Of a DNA stretch of 64,000 nucleotides, positions 28,960 through 43,266 are shown piece by piece. A program made the position numbers and the translations under genes. Positions within the stretch are counted from its first letter, which is position 1; the number at the start of each line of letters is the position of its first letter. The DNA lies in NCBI RefSeq assembly GCF_009914755.1, contig NC_060928.1; one strand, written 5' to 3'. The notes beneath the pieces are model-generated. The model was not told the DNA's origin. It saw only the letters and a list, made by a program, of their open reading frames with translations, and ran no database searches. The stretch comes from the human T2T-CHM13v2.0 reference genome, Homo sapiens.

Positions 28960-31500
28960 TTTTAAAATTTGACTTTTATTCTAAGTTCAGGGGTACATAT
29001 GCAAGTTTGTTATATAGGTAAATTCGTGTTGTGGAGGCTTGTTGAACATATTATTTCATCAGCCATGTATTAAGCTTAGTACCTATTAGTTATTTATACT
29101 GCTCCTCTCTTCCTCCCACCCTGCACCCTCGAATAGGCCCCAGTGTGTGTTGTTCTTCTCTGTGTCCATGTGTTCCCATCATTTAGCTCCCACTTAGAGG
29201 TGAGAAGATGTGATTTCCTGTTCCTTTAGTTTAGAAGTGAGAAGATGTGATTTTCTGTTCTGCTAGTTTTCTAAGGGTAATGGCCTCCAGCTCCATCCAT
29301 GTCCCTGCAAAAGACATGATTCCATTAAATTTTACGGCTGCATAGTATTCCATGGTGCATATGTACCACATTTTCCTTGTTCAGTCTACCACTGATGGGC
29401 ACTTAGGTTGATTCCATGTCTTCGCTATTGTGAATAGTACTGCAATGAACATATGTGTGTGCATGTCTTTATAACAGAACTATTCATATTCCTTTGGGTA
29501 TCTACAAATACCAAATCATGGGATTGCTGGGTCAAATGGTATTTCGATTTTTAAGGTCTTTGAGGAATTGCCACACTGTCTTCCACAATGGTTGAAGCTA
29601 ATTTGCACTCTCACCTACGGTGTATAAGTGTTCCTTTCTCTTCACAACCTCACCAGCATCTGTTGTTTCTTGACTTTTTAATAATCGCCATTCTGACTGG
29701 TATGAGATGATATCTCATTGTGGTTTTATTTGAATTTCTCTAATAATCAGTGATGTGGAGCTTTTTTTCATATGTTTCTTGGTTGCATGAATGTCTTCTT
29801 TTGAGAAATGTCTGTTCATGTCCTTTGAATGCTTTTATATGGGTTTTTTTTTCTCATAAATTTGTTTAAGTTCCTTATAAATGCTGGATATTAGACCTTT
29901 GTCAAATGCATAGTTTCGAAAAATTTTTTCCCATTATATGTTGTCTGTTCACTCTGCTGATAGCTTCCTTTGCAGTGTAGAAGCTCTTTAGCTTAATTAA
30001 ATCCCATTTTTCAATTTCTGCTTTTGTTGCAATTGCTTTTGGCATGTTTGTCATAAATCTTTGCCCATTCCTATATCCAGAATGGTATTGTCTAGGCTCT
30101 CTTCTAGGATGTGTATAGTTTTGGATTTTACATTTAAGTCTTTAATCCATCTTGAGTTGATTTGTGTATATGGTGTAAGGAAGGGGTCCAGCTTCAATCT
30201 TCTGCATGTGGTGAGCTAGTTATGTCAGCACCATTTATTGAGTAGAAAATCTCTTTTCCATTGCTTGTTTGGTGACCTTATTCTGGGTTCTCTACTCTAT
30301 TCCATTGGTCTATGTGTCTGTTTTTGTACCAGTACTGTGCTGTTTTGGTTACTGTAGCCCTGTAGCATAGTTTGAAGTCAGGTAGCATGCTGCCTCCAGC
30401 TTCATTCTTTTTGCTTAGGATTGCCCTGGCTATTCATGCTCTTTTTGGTTACAAATGAATTTAATTTTTTTTCTCATTCTGTGAAGAATGTCAATGGTAG
30501 TTTAATAGGAATAGCATCAAATCTATAAAATGCTTTTGGCAGTATGGCCATTTTAACAATATTGATTCTTCCTATCCATGAGCATGGAATGTTTTTCCAT
30601 TTGTTTGTGACATTTATGACTCATTTGAGCAGTGTTTTGTCATTCTCCTGTAGAGATCCTTCACCTCCCTCGTTAGCTGTATTCCTAGTTATTGTATTCG
30701 TCCTTGTGGCAATTGTGAATGAGATAGCGTTCCTGATTTGGTTGGTAGGCTATTTATTATTAAGTCAGTTTTAGAGCATGTTGTTGCTCTTGGCTTGACT
30801 GTGATTTGTGTATAGGAATGTTAGTGATTTTTGAACATTGACTTTTGTATCCTGAAATTTTGCTCAAGTTGTTTATCTGCTAAAGGAGCTTTTGGGCTGA
30901 GACTGTGGGGTTTTCTATATATAGAATTCTGTCATCTGCAAAAGGAATAGTTTGACTTTCTCTCATCCTATTTGGATGCCCTTTATTTCTTTATTTTGCC
31001 CAATTGCCCTGGCCAGAATTTCCAATACTGTGTTGAATAGGAGTAGTGAGAGATGGCATCCTTGTCTTGTCCTAATTTTCAAGGGGAATGCTTCCAGCTT
31101 TTGCCTATTCAGTATAATTTTGGCTGGGTGTTTGTCATAGTTTGCTTGTATTGTTTTGATGTATATTCCTTAAATACCTAGTTTATTGAATGTTTCTAAC
31201 GTGAAGGAGTGCTGAATTTTATCAAAAGCCCTTTTTGCATCTATTGAGATGATCATATAGTTTGGGGCTTTGGTTTTGTTTACATGATGAATCATATTTA
31301 TTGATTTTGGTATGTTGAACAAACATGGCATCCCAGGATAAAGCCTACTTGATCATGGTGGATAATCTTTTAGATGTGCTGCTGGATTCAGTTTGCCAGT
31401 ATTTTGTTGAGGATTTTTTGCATTGATGTTCATCAAGGATATTGGCCTGAAGTTTTCTTTTTTTGTTGTGTCTCTGCCAGGCTTTAGTATCAGGATGATA
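28960..31500 (-). mobile_element. Old L1PA (L1PA13-16-like), non-inverted 3' portion
   Basis: 3'UTR TTCAGGGGTACATATGCAAGTTTGTTATATAGGTAAA; minus ORF 31353-31631 includes the ORF2 RT motif [20 protein letters not shown]. Confidence 0.9.
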
Positions 31501-32116
31501 GTTAACAACCTAACATCACAGAAAAAAAAGAAGAGAACCAAGAGCAAACAAATCCCAGAGCTAGTTAGGAGACAGGAAATAACCAAAAGCCCAGCTGAAC
31601 TGAATGAGACTGAGCACAAAAAGCCATTCAAAAGATCAACACATCCATGAACTGTTTATTTTTGTAAAAATTAATAAAATATATAGACCACTAGTTAGAA
31701 TAATAAAGAAGAAAAGAGAGAAGATTCAAATAAACACAATCAAAAACGACATTGGGGATATTACCACTGACACCACAGAAATACAAACAACCATCAGAGA
31801 ATATTATGAACACCTATGTACATAAACTAGAAAATCTAAAAGAAATAGTTAAATTCCTGGACACATACAATAAATGCACCCTCCCAAGACAGAACCAGGA
31901 GGAAATTCAATCTCTGAACAGACCAATAACACACTCTAAACCTGAGTTAGTAATAAATAGCCTACCAAACAAACAAACAAAAAAAAAGCCCAGGACCAGA
32001 TGGATTCACAGCTAAATTCTACCAGATGTACCAAGAAGAACTGGTACCATTCCTGCTAAAATTATTCCAAAAAATTGAGGAGGAGGGACTTCTCCCTAAC
32101 TCATTTTATGAGGCTG
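31501..32116 (+). mobile_element. Inverted 5' segment of the same L1 (ORF2 region)
   Basis: Plus-strand ORF2 peptides [34 protein letters not shown] and [16 protein letters not shown]; ends CTCCCTAACTCATTTTATGAGGC. Confidence 0.9.
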
Positions 32117-32204
32117 TTACTTTTAGTAACGGAAGAATAAATATTCTCTGAGAAACATCCTCAGGTCCTCAGGAGTACACCAACACAGTTAGGTTCATTC
32201 TTTT

Positions 32205-32382
32205 GGGTTTTTTTGTTTTGTTTTGTTTTGTTTTGTTTTGAGACCAGGTTTAGTTCTGTCACCCAGGCTGGAGTGCAGTAGCGCAATCATGACTCACTGC
32301 AGCCTTGAACTCCTAAGCTCAAGGGATGCTCCCACCTCAGCCTCCCTAGCAACTGAGAGTACAGAAGCCTGCCACTATACCC
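32205..32382 (-). mobile_element. Alu monomer (FRAM/AluJ right arm)
   Basis: (GTTTT)n tail then GAGACCAGG...CACCCAGGCTGGAGTGCAGT. Confidence 0.85.
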
Positions 32383-34816
32383 TTTAAATGCTTTTAGAGA
32401 TGTGACATTGCTAACATTGGTCATGTTACCTAAAATTTGTCCATGTACATGTGACATAGTCCACAGCTTGATATTCAAACTTCATGTCTTAAAACTACTC
32501 TGTGCATGCAAGCTTTTCCAGTATTATTCCCTTTATAACACCTTTGCCCCAGGAAGAACAGATTTCACTGCTTCTTAAATAGGTCCTGCTTCTTCCTACC
32601 TCTATACCATTTCTTTCACCTAAGTGCTCTTTACTTTCACCTCCTCCTTAAAAAATGTTTCCCTTCTTTTCAGGATTAGCTCATGCTCCATCTTCTCTAA
32701 GAAAATGAACTAAACAAACTAACATAAAATATTTTCTATAATGTGTTATTTGTGCTTATGGCCTATTGGTTCTTAATATATTTTAGCACCTTGATAGCCT
32801 CAGCTGTATCTCAGATGTCTTTATATTCATTAATTTATCTAAAATAATGTCTTGTAGAATAAGCCAAATGGGGAGGAAATGATTGCATGCATAAATGATG
32901 CTAACTGAACTGATGGCAAGACATGCAGAGGAAAGTGCCATCAGCAGAGAAAGGAAAATTTTCTTCCTTTTATAGAGCCCGGCTGCAGAGTACATTATTG
33001 CCCATTCTGGAGGGTAGATGTATATTTGCTATATTTAATTTTAGCCTTGCTTTTCTCCTGTTTTCACTGGATAGTCAAGAGAAGTGGATCATAGGTTTAT
33101 TTATAGTAATGGCTATGCCATCCCTAGGCAGAATGTTTTATGATTTTTAAAGTGCTTTTTATATATATTACAATTTTGGATCCTCACAACAAACTTGTGA
33201 ATTAGGGACAGCAGCAGTTTCTGGTCCATTTTTATCAGGTATTATAGGAAACAATTTTAGCCACAAGTTCAATATAGCTATTCGTTCAAATAGACTATGT
33301 ATTGAAAAGGCTGCTTTATCTTTTGATTTTAAAAGATGCTTTCTGTGGCTTTAGTTACAAATCAAAATATGCTTTTTAAAAAACTTGCATAAATATGCAC
33401 TAACTTAGAATTCTCTATTCATTTTTTTAGCCCAAGAGTAGCAATAGGTCTAGACAAATTAGAGATCCAAGAAGTAGAAATGAAGGGAATAAATTAATGC
33501 CGGCATTGATAAATGAAGGGGAGAGCAAATAAATTTCGTTGTGCAGCTTGATCGAACAACTTTGTTTGCAACAATATTTGTAAGGTCAGGGAATTATTGT
33601 TTAGAATGTACTTGAGAATTAAAAAGATAATAACATTGATTCTTCATCTTCTGGATTCTCGGCAAATGAATTTTAAATCTGCAGATGTAGAGCTCAGATA
33701 TTCCTGTGATGTCATCTCTATCTCCTAAAGAAACACAAGATGGGCAGATATATTGATACTTTAAAATGGTGCTTCTTTTATCTTTCCAGAATACTGTTTA
33801 GAACATAAGTAATTGCATAAGGTCCCAAATGTTTGTTAACATGGATGGGCAATTCTTTATTGAAACAGAGCATAGACTCTGTTCAGATGGAAATATGTGA
33901 AGGCATATTTCTTTCTTCTAAAGCAACAGCAAACGTGCTGATGTGTTTTGTTGGGGCCTAAGGGGTAATGGTGTTAAGAAAGGATAAATGTAGATAAATT
34001 CTTGGTGCGCAATTGCAACTTTCAACAGATTGTGTGATTTTACTTAGAATGTTAATGGTTAAAAAGGAAACCTGGGTTTATTTTTTTTATTTTCTTTTCC
34101 CAAGGCGTTTTACAGTGATATCATATCACCCTCTCTGCTGAGATCTCCAAAAACTTACTAGATATGATAACTGTTGTATGCCTTTAATTTAAGTTCATAT
34201 TATTTCCCCTGGGAAATTTTAGAAATGCTGGGGAGAATGTTTGGAAATGGATTAAAAAAAAAAATCTGGTAGAAGGAAACTCAGAAGGAAAAAACAAATG
34301 ACTTCTTATACATACGCCTTTTTTGATTCTTAAAATTCCAGTAATAATCTTGTTTATATTCACTCTCAGAACCCAATAATAGGAAACTTTTTGACCTTAC
34401 ATTAGCTACAAAGTTGAAATTTTAAAAATCTCTCCTTGAAACTTTGTTTTCACTTTTCTATTTTATTGAAACATTCAGGAGCACAGTTTCTTACTCAAGA
34501 GTAAGAGGTTCAAAATTTCTCTCTTCTTTTTTATTTATTTCTTCAGAAGTAAGTGAATTAATGAGCATTAATCATAAATTCTGTGTAAGAGATTTGTGTA
34601 TAAACAACTGCCATTTTTAAACTACTATATATATCAATTTTAAAATATTTTAAATAAAATTAGAATTTTGCTCTTTAAAATATGAGAAGTATTCTATCAC
34701 TTTCCAATGAATTATTTTCTTTTTTTATTCTTATGGTAAGCCAACGTATGTCATGAATGATCTTTAAGATTTTCGCACCACTTATTAAAGGTATTATCTA
34801 GTATAATGCCTAATGA

Positions 34817-35503
<687 letters not shown>

Positions 35504-36772
35504 CAATGCTTATTATTTATCATGCTTTCCACTTACCAATTTATACAAATCTGCATGTATAAATTTTCATAACCACTGTATGATGTAGGTTCTCTTACTA
35601 TTCTCAAGTTAGAATTAAGAAAACCAACAGAGAGAGAGATTTAAAACCTTGCTTCAGAACCAGAATTTAACTCCAAACAGCCTTGTTCAAAGACCCTAAT
35701 CTCAACCACTGCCCTGCTGCTGAGGCTGCATAGTGCTACAAGTTATAAACTACATTTTTACACTATTCATATGCATGTTTTAAATGTAAATATTGTACTT
35801 TGTGTCAAAGGTTTAAATATTAAGATATGTAGCTAGACATAATAGTATTTTTTTATTGCTTTAGGACTTTTTTCTCTAATTTTTCCCTTCAATTTCAATA
35901 AGGCAAGAGGTTTAGCTTGTACTATTTACCTCCATATTCTTTCAGTACTTTATGTTTCTTCCATCTGCTTACCTTTTCCTTTTTTTTTTTTTTTTTTTTT
36001 TTTGTATCTCAGAAAAACTGTAAATTGAAAGGTTGGGCTAGGAGTCTGGATGTTAGGGAGTGCGATCAGATTTGGGAGTAATCATCTTCCTTATGTGCAT
36101 GCACTGTTAATTCATACTCTTCATGAGGTTATTCCAATATTCTTGATCCTGTATTCAAGCGAAGGTGTTATATAATTGTAGAGGTAGAAAATTAATTAAC
36201 TAGTTCTTATAGAGAATGGAATTCCGAGCAGTTCTTCAGAAAGAACAGATTACATATTTTTTATTGTAGGCAGTAGAATGCTGAGACAGAGCTTTACAAA
36301 CTTCTGGGGTATCCTTAGGGGAATCCCCTTGAATATCCTCATAGGAAACCTAGATCACATACCCATTCCACCTTCTGCCTAAGTTTTTGCTCATAGTATT
36401 TCTATCCCTGGGACATGGCACCAAAGAGGAGCTCTGGAACCTCTGCGTACACTAGATATGGGATTAAGTTAGTTTGTTCTCATTTAGACTTGTTCTCTAG
36501 CTGTTGAATTTCATTTAGGAATCACTACTTCTGTGTGCTTTTTATCAAAAAAGACCAGAGTGCTTCCTTTCAACCATCTTGCCAGGCTACTTTTCCCTGA
36601 CAATATGGCATATTTTTGGTGTCTAATATTGTGTGACAAAAAGAAAGTGATGACTTTACTATTTTTTTTAGAATTTAACACAGTGCTTAACATACAACAG
36701 ATGCTAACTAACTTTGGTAAGTAAAAGAAATATCACGAAGAATGAAAAACAATTTTTGGAAAAACTTAAGAT

Positions 36773-36952
36773 TTTGTTTTTGTTATTGTTGCTGTTGTTG
36801 TTGTTGGGGTCAAGGTCTCACTTTGTCACCCAGGTTAGAGTGCAGTGGCATGATGGCATGACCATGGCTCACAGCAGCCTCAATCATCTGGGCTCAAGCA
36901 AACCTCCCACCTCAGCCTCATCTGTAACTAAGACTACAGGTTCATGCCACCA
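36773..36952 (-). mobile_element. 5'-truncated AluJ/FRAM
   Basis: (GTT)n tail, right-arm sequence, flanking AAAACTTAAGAT / AAAATTAAGAT. Confidence 0.85.
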
Positions 36953-38138
36953 AAAATTAAGATATATGGCAAAATGAAAATTGCTTTACCTTTTGTCTCT
37001 TGGAGGACATAGTTATCATGTTTCCTCAAGAAAACTGTTGTTCTAAAGATTATTTTAAAAATGTACTTGAATCCGTTAAAAGATAATGTAGAGAAATTTT
37101 AGTGTGCACAACTGCCTGCGTTTTGAAAAAAGTCATTGATGTATTGGAGTATATGCAGATTAGTCTACATGATTTTTGTCTGAAAGGAATAAACATTGAG
37201 TAATATAATAATTCTACATCTTTGATAAATATTTAAATAAATCTGTTATTAAACTCTCCAAGGCATTTGTAGTTTCACCAGAAGGGTATGGCATCTTGAT
37301 TATACTTGTCAGGATGGTCCTTAGACTTCAACAATCTATATCTAACAAAAGTCGAAAAGCCATTTTCTTGGAATGGATTTTTTAAGGAAAGTTTGGAAAT
37401 TACCGTACCTCACGCCATAAAGCATACATAAATACTGAAATGTCTAAGTGAATATTAAAATGTTAAATGTTAAAATTAAAAGAAAGCTCAGACTGTTCTG
37501 TCATGAGTGAGTAGTACCTCTGCATTAAGGAATGTTGATAAGCTTTATTAGGAGATGTTTCAGGGGCTTCTCTTTACTGAATCAGATCTAGATTCTCTTC
37601 TATAAATGTCAAATCTATCTTGTCTAGCACTGCTTGTATTAGATTGCTACCTTTTTACTTGAGGGACTTGTATCTATTTAACTTTCTTCCTCCTGTCTGC
37701 ACAATGTTGGCTGATAACATTATGGCTGAGTTTCATGAATTTTGGTTCATGCTACAATCTTCCTCTCCACGATATTGTAGCCTTAACATTTGATTTTGCC
37801 TTGATTTCAAAAACTCTCTGGAATATTTACTCTCATGGGCTTCAGTAGTAATATTATAAGCCTGTTTAGTTAAAAAAAAGGATACTTTCTGCCTTAAATA
37901 CAAACTAGAAATGGATTTACCATTATTAATCTTTTTTCAATCTAATGATTTAACAAGAATAAGTTTCCTTGCAAAGAATAGCTCAGAACTATGGTAATGG
38001 TGGTACCATAATATTACTTTGTATCCAATATTATTATATAAATGGCACTGGCTTCCACTCATTTGACATTTCTACATGACATCAAGATTACATGAAATCT
38101 AAAAATGTAATTAAATTGTGTATTTTCATAAGTAATGT

Positions 38139-39712
38139 TGTCACAAGATCCTTGGGGTGTTGCTATTCCAGATGGAAACATCTGTGGCCAGTGGCACCTT
38201 TGCCTGCATTTTGCTTGGGTCTGCTGAGCTCGTTTCACCCACTCCGCCTGGCAGGCTGCACTTGGCTCACACTACTGGCTTGGATCTCAAGTGTGGGATC
38301 TGGCCACTGTGCATAGCCAGGCATGCCAATTATGGCAGGGTGAGCAGCTCCAGGTGCCAGCACAGGTGCCAGCTCCCTGTGAGACTGTAGCTGGACCAGG
38401 TGTGCCACAAGCAGCTTCCATGGCAGGCACCAGGGAACATGGTGGCAGCCAGAAGCTTTCAGATGCCAGGAACTGCAGAGCCCCCAAAAGGATGTAACAG
38501 CCCTGGCTTGGGGTGCTTCTAGGTCTGGCTAGGAGAGCCACAGCTTTTCTCTTCTTCTCTCCTTTCTCCTTCTTGTTGCCCACAACATGGCAAGCAAGCG
38601 GTATGTTTCAGCTTAGTTTGTGTTATTGTTCTTTCAGCCCTGCCATTCGGTGGTTTCCAATTTCTTGTCCCCTATCCAGGAAGAATGAGGTATGCAGACA
38701 AGTGGAGGGTCAGCACGGTGAAGAGGTGCTTTATTAAGTGACAGAAAAGCTCAGAGGAGACACACAGTGTGTAGCTCCTCTCCAAAGGAAGGTTGTCCCC
38801 ATGAGTGTTCAGCTCTCAGCAGAGAGGAGACCCACAGTGAGTAGCTCCTCTCTGCAGGCAGATCATCCCACTGTCTGCTCAGCTTTCAGCTGAGAGGAGA
38901 TCCACAGTACGTGTCTCCTCTCTGCAGGCAGGTTGTCCCATCATCTATCTGAGTGTGGGATTTTTATGGGCTTCAGAGGGGAGGAAGCGTGTGCTGATTG
39001 GTCCATGGGTGGCCATGGGGGTGCCAAGAAAAGGCATCATTAAGTTCTCACTCCAGTCAGAAGAAATAGCAGCTCAGCCTTCAGAACTCAGGCCCTCTCT
39101 GGCCTGAAGGTGGAGCTTCAATGGGGACACACTCCTTTCTGCTCAGGAGCCTGTCTGCCTTCTGCCACAAACAACCTGCCATCCACCTGCATTCACGGTG
39201 CCTTGGGCACCCAGGCCGTTCATGCTGAGGAGCGCCTGCAGCCCTGCACCGAGCTGCACTTGCCCCCCTTCAGCCTCCAACCCATGCTCATTGGCTCCCA
39301 AAGTCTGCAGGAGGCCAAGGCAGCAGGGGGCTGGTGTGTCAGTGCTGCCCCGAACGTGTGCACACCCAGCTAGGTTGTGACAGTGCCTGGGCTCTACCAC
39401 AACTTTGCTCTGAAATTGGAGCAGGCACTGGGAGCCAGGAGAGGCCAGGCAGTGGGAACAGGCACTTCTGAGCCTGCTGGTACAGGGGGTTTTCCAGGGC
39501 CCCAAGAGTGCAGAGATGCCCAATCTGCCACTGCAACTGGGCAGCCGCAGCTGGGCCCAGGAGGGCGGGGCTCCCATCTTTCCAACTTGGAAGTGAATGT
39601 GACTGTTTCTGGCTCCTGTAGGCTTCTTGGAGCATGCAGCCCTGGCCATGCCTCCCAAACTGCAGCTGGTATCATAGCAGTGAGTGCTCCAAATGGGCTG
39701 CCACTGCCATAA
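38139..39712 (-). mobile_element. MER52-family solo LTR (long, GC-rich)
   Basis: TGTCACAAGATCCTTGGGGTGT...GGGCTGCCACTGCCATAA termini; internal ~70-bp repeats (GAGGAGACCCACAGTGAGTAGCTCCTCTCTGCAGG); 4-bp TSD ATGT/ATAT. Confidence 0.85.
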
Positions 39713-41050
39713 ATATTAACAACATGGATATGTGGAAATACAGAAAAAAATGCCTCTCCTTCCTTTCTCTTTTTTATGATCAAACTATCAGCAAGAACAT
39801 ATAACAAGTTTTCATTGTGAAGCTAGCATATGTTTTACAAATAGTAACATTATGTTTTGAATAATGGAAAATCCTAGGGGATGATTTTTTTTTGACACCA
39901 AAATCACCATTTCTTAACTAGCTTAAAACAGGAATCAAAGTATATTATTACGTGTTGGCCTTTATATCAACCAATGAATTGATAAAGTTGTCTGACAAAA
40001 TTATTTGACCATGTCAAATAGTAGTTTTACTATTACTTTATTGTATGAGAGTGGTAAGTAGCATTTTAAGATTGCAAAAGAAAATCACCATTATGTGTGT
40101 TGCGTTTTTAAATTTTCATCTTAGACCACACTACTGTATGGATTGTAAAAAAAAGTGATGCCAAGAAACAAAATTTGTATAATCATCATGCTGCTGAGAA
40201 ACAGGTTCTTATCTGGAGTTTATCTTTAAAATATTTAATATTTATTATTTGAAGCTATTTGAAATTTTTGCTTTACTCATACCACTCTCTAAAATATTGT
40301 ATTATAAATATCCTTAAAATGTTTTCTATATATATTAACAAATATGTATTACTTTGCTATGTGTTAAATGTAACTGAAAGGAAAATGGAGTAAAACCTAT
40401 TCTTGAGTTTTATTTTATATGAAATCAGCAATATTTCTCCCATTTTTAGCTCTTTTCATCAGTTGATCAATTTCGGAAAGTGCTTTTCTTCCGTACGCAT
40501 TTAAGAATGATGGGAAGTACTGAATATCATAGTGTGAATACCTTTTACTCTTAGGTATGATGAAAAAATTGATTTTTACTTGTCCTAAACATTCCAAAAG
40601 TTGTTAATACTTTCTAAAACAAAAGTTGAAGTGATAACTAAGAAATTCTGTTAGAATTTCAAAAACCAAATGCATTAAAAACTGTCATTGTGTAATATTG
40701 AGGTTAGAAAATTACAGTCCATAAATATTATATTCTTAAGTAACAAGTCAAATTTAACTAAAAATTGCACACAGATTTTGGGCAACACTTTTAATAAATA
40801 TGTTTTCTTTTTTACATTTCTTCAGTAGTGTTTTCTGTATATGGAGTATAAATATTTCCAAGCTTTTATAATAAACTGTAATCAAAAAGGTGTTAGAGGA
40901 TATTACCTCCATTAGCTCAGTAGCTTTATATATAGGGCATTTCTGAGCTTCTGATGTACCCAATAGAAAATCATATCTTGGTAGATTCATAGTTTCCAAA
41001 ATGGTTAGTATAGGATTTATTCAAATATGAGATGTAATACTATATCAACC

Positions 41051-41575
41051 TGTAGTGAATGCTTATAATTTTATGTTGCCTCGGCATCCATTTTTAAATA
41101 TGTTTCACTTCCTCATACCAGACTCAGGACTCAGCCACCCTTGGCACAGTTTCCAATGCTATACCCGCCAGAATGGCTTTAACTGTGGCCAGAGAGAAAA
41201 CATAATGGTTTCTCTCCCACCTAGCAAGCTGTACTCCCCACTTTCTCACAGCAGCTGTATTTAAAGTGACCATTCAGACATTTGCCTATGAACTTAAAAG
41301 TGGCCACCTCTCACTCACAGTGTGGCCTCCTGGAATCTCACCCCTGGCAGTGAGATACCCCGGAGAAGACTCATTCAAGGGCATCCTGGCTGGTGCTCTT
41401 TTGCCCGAGGTCTAAGCCTCTCAGCTGCTGAGATAGAGATTTTACTCAAAACAACCTCACAAGGGTAACAATGTTTATGAAAAGGATATATAAACAGAAA
41501 AATCGGACTGTAAATTTCACTTTATCATCAGGTTATCTATTCCCTTTTGTGGTCCAGTTTTCACTGATTATAACA
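41051..41575 (+). mobile_element. ERVL-class LTR (MER54-like)
   Basis: TGTAGTGAATGCTTATAATTTTATGTTGCCTCGGCATCCATTTT start, ...CACTGATTATAACA end. Confidence 0.6.
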
Positions 41576-41982
41576 CTCCCATATGAAATGTAAGAGAAAG
41601 ATTCACAGAGGTGATGTTTCTTACCTAAAGTTCAGAGAGATTGGATTACTTACCTAAAGTTATCAACTCAGTAGAAAGGTCAGTTTTTATTAGTAGCATA
41701 AACATTTGAATATTATTATTGTTTTTGAGTCACAGAGCTAGGATTTTAAAAGTAGCTCTTGCAAAAGCAAAATTTGGTTAGGGAAAGTAGTTGAGAAGCA
41801 GGTATATCTCTCAAGGGGGACTGAATGTAGATACTAGTCTGTATAAGAAAAGAATTGTTCTGTTTCATCAAAGAGTGATGACAGTAGGAAAATAGGGCAT
41901 GAATTAAGGAAAGTTTGGGGAGGCTGAAGACAGACAGTTGTGTAAAGATTTCAGCCATCTTACGGTACCTTCCCATTGCAGG

Positions 41983-41983
<1 letters not shown>

Positions 41984-42020
<37 letters not shown>
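41984..42020. repeat. (TG)n microsatellite, ~18 units
   Basis: Direct read. Confidence 0.97.
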
Positions 42021-42023
<3 letters not shown>

Positions 42024-42754
42024 GTGTATGTGTGTTAACCTGTGAAGAGGCTCAGCTAGGCACCTAGAATGACATGGGCAAAACCTAAGGAAGCAATGAT
42101 AGTGTTCTAGTAATTACATGAATTCCTACAGGTATAAGAGGCCTCCCTGCTCAGTAAAATAGGAAAAAATTCAGGCTGAAGTCACTGGGAATAGAGAAGG
42201 TCTCTCAATTTTCCATTTACAAGCCAGTTTTGCTATAATTTAAAGCATTAATTCAGTTACTTCTCATATATTTTTCTTATCTATTAAACATAACCACCAG
42301 AAAATAGCCTCCTCTCATTTGCTTGAAAGAAGTTGATCACCTTTTTTCTTCTTCAGTGATTCCCAAACAATGAGTTACTGTCTTGTAAGGGGAATTTTTA
42401 AAATTTAGGGAGCTGGTTTTGGTTGATTGGTTAGCACCACTGGCATTCAAAAGAATGGGGCCATGGAAGCTAGAGGTATTTCAATGTGTAGGACAGTGTA
42501 ACAAAAATAAATGATTAACGCATGGTCTATGCTAATTTCTATGTCATCCAAAATTTCTATAGTTAAAAACGTGTTATAATTATCTGAAACAATCATATAT
42601 TTCCATTTTACAGACACAGTATTGTTTCATACTTTCAAAGTACTCCAAATTTGCCAGAAATACTCCTATATAAATTGAGCAAATAATTTAATTTTTTTTT
42701 ATTTAGGTGTCATAAAGAATAGTTCACCATTATGAAAAATTAGATCTCCAATAG

Positions 42755-42785
42755 TTTATTAGGGTCCTCCAAAGAACAGACTAAT

Positions 42786-42845
<60 letters not shown>

Positions 42846-43266
42846 GAGAGAGAGAGAGCGAGAGAGAGAGATCTATTACATGGAATTGACTCTAATGACC
42901 ATGGAAGCTGGCAAGAGTAGTCCAGCAGACTGGAGATCCAGAAGAGCCAATTTTCACGTTTGAATCTGAAGGTTGTCTGCTGTAGACCCAGGAAGAACCA
43001 ATGTTACACGTGAAGCCTGAAGCCAATCTGCTGAAGAGTTCCCTTCTGCTCAGAGGTGGCTGGCTTTCTGTTCTATTCAGAGCTTCAGTTGATCGGATGA
43101 GGCCCACCCACAATAAGGAGGGCAATTTGCTTTACTAAAAAATGTCCATCAATTTAGATATTAATGTCATCCAAAAACATCCTCACAGAAACACAGAGAT
43201 AATGTTTGATGAAATATCTGAACACTCTGTGACCGATTCATGTGACACATAAAATTAGCCATCACA
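42755..43266 (-). mobile_element. MLT2B-like LTR with (TG)n(AG)n, probably inserted in a hAT/Charlie (MER20B-like) remnant
   Basis: TTTATTAGGGTCCTCC...CACATAAAATTAGCCATCACA; 5-bp TSD AATAG/AATGG. Confidence 0.85.

Noticed and set aside
38157-39807. Dense cluster of overlapping ORFs up to 171 aa, or a CpG-island promoter
   Set aside because: Lies within the GC-rich MER52 LTR, which is CpG-depleted; long frames reflect low stop-codon frequency
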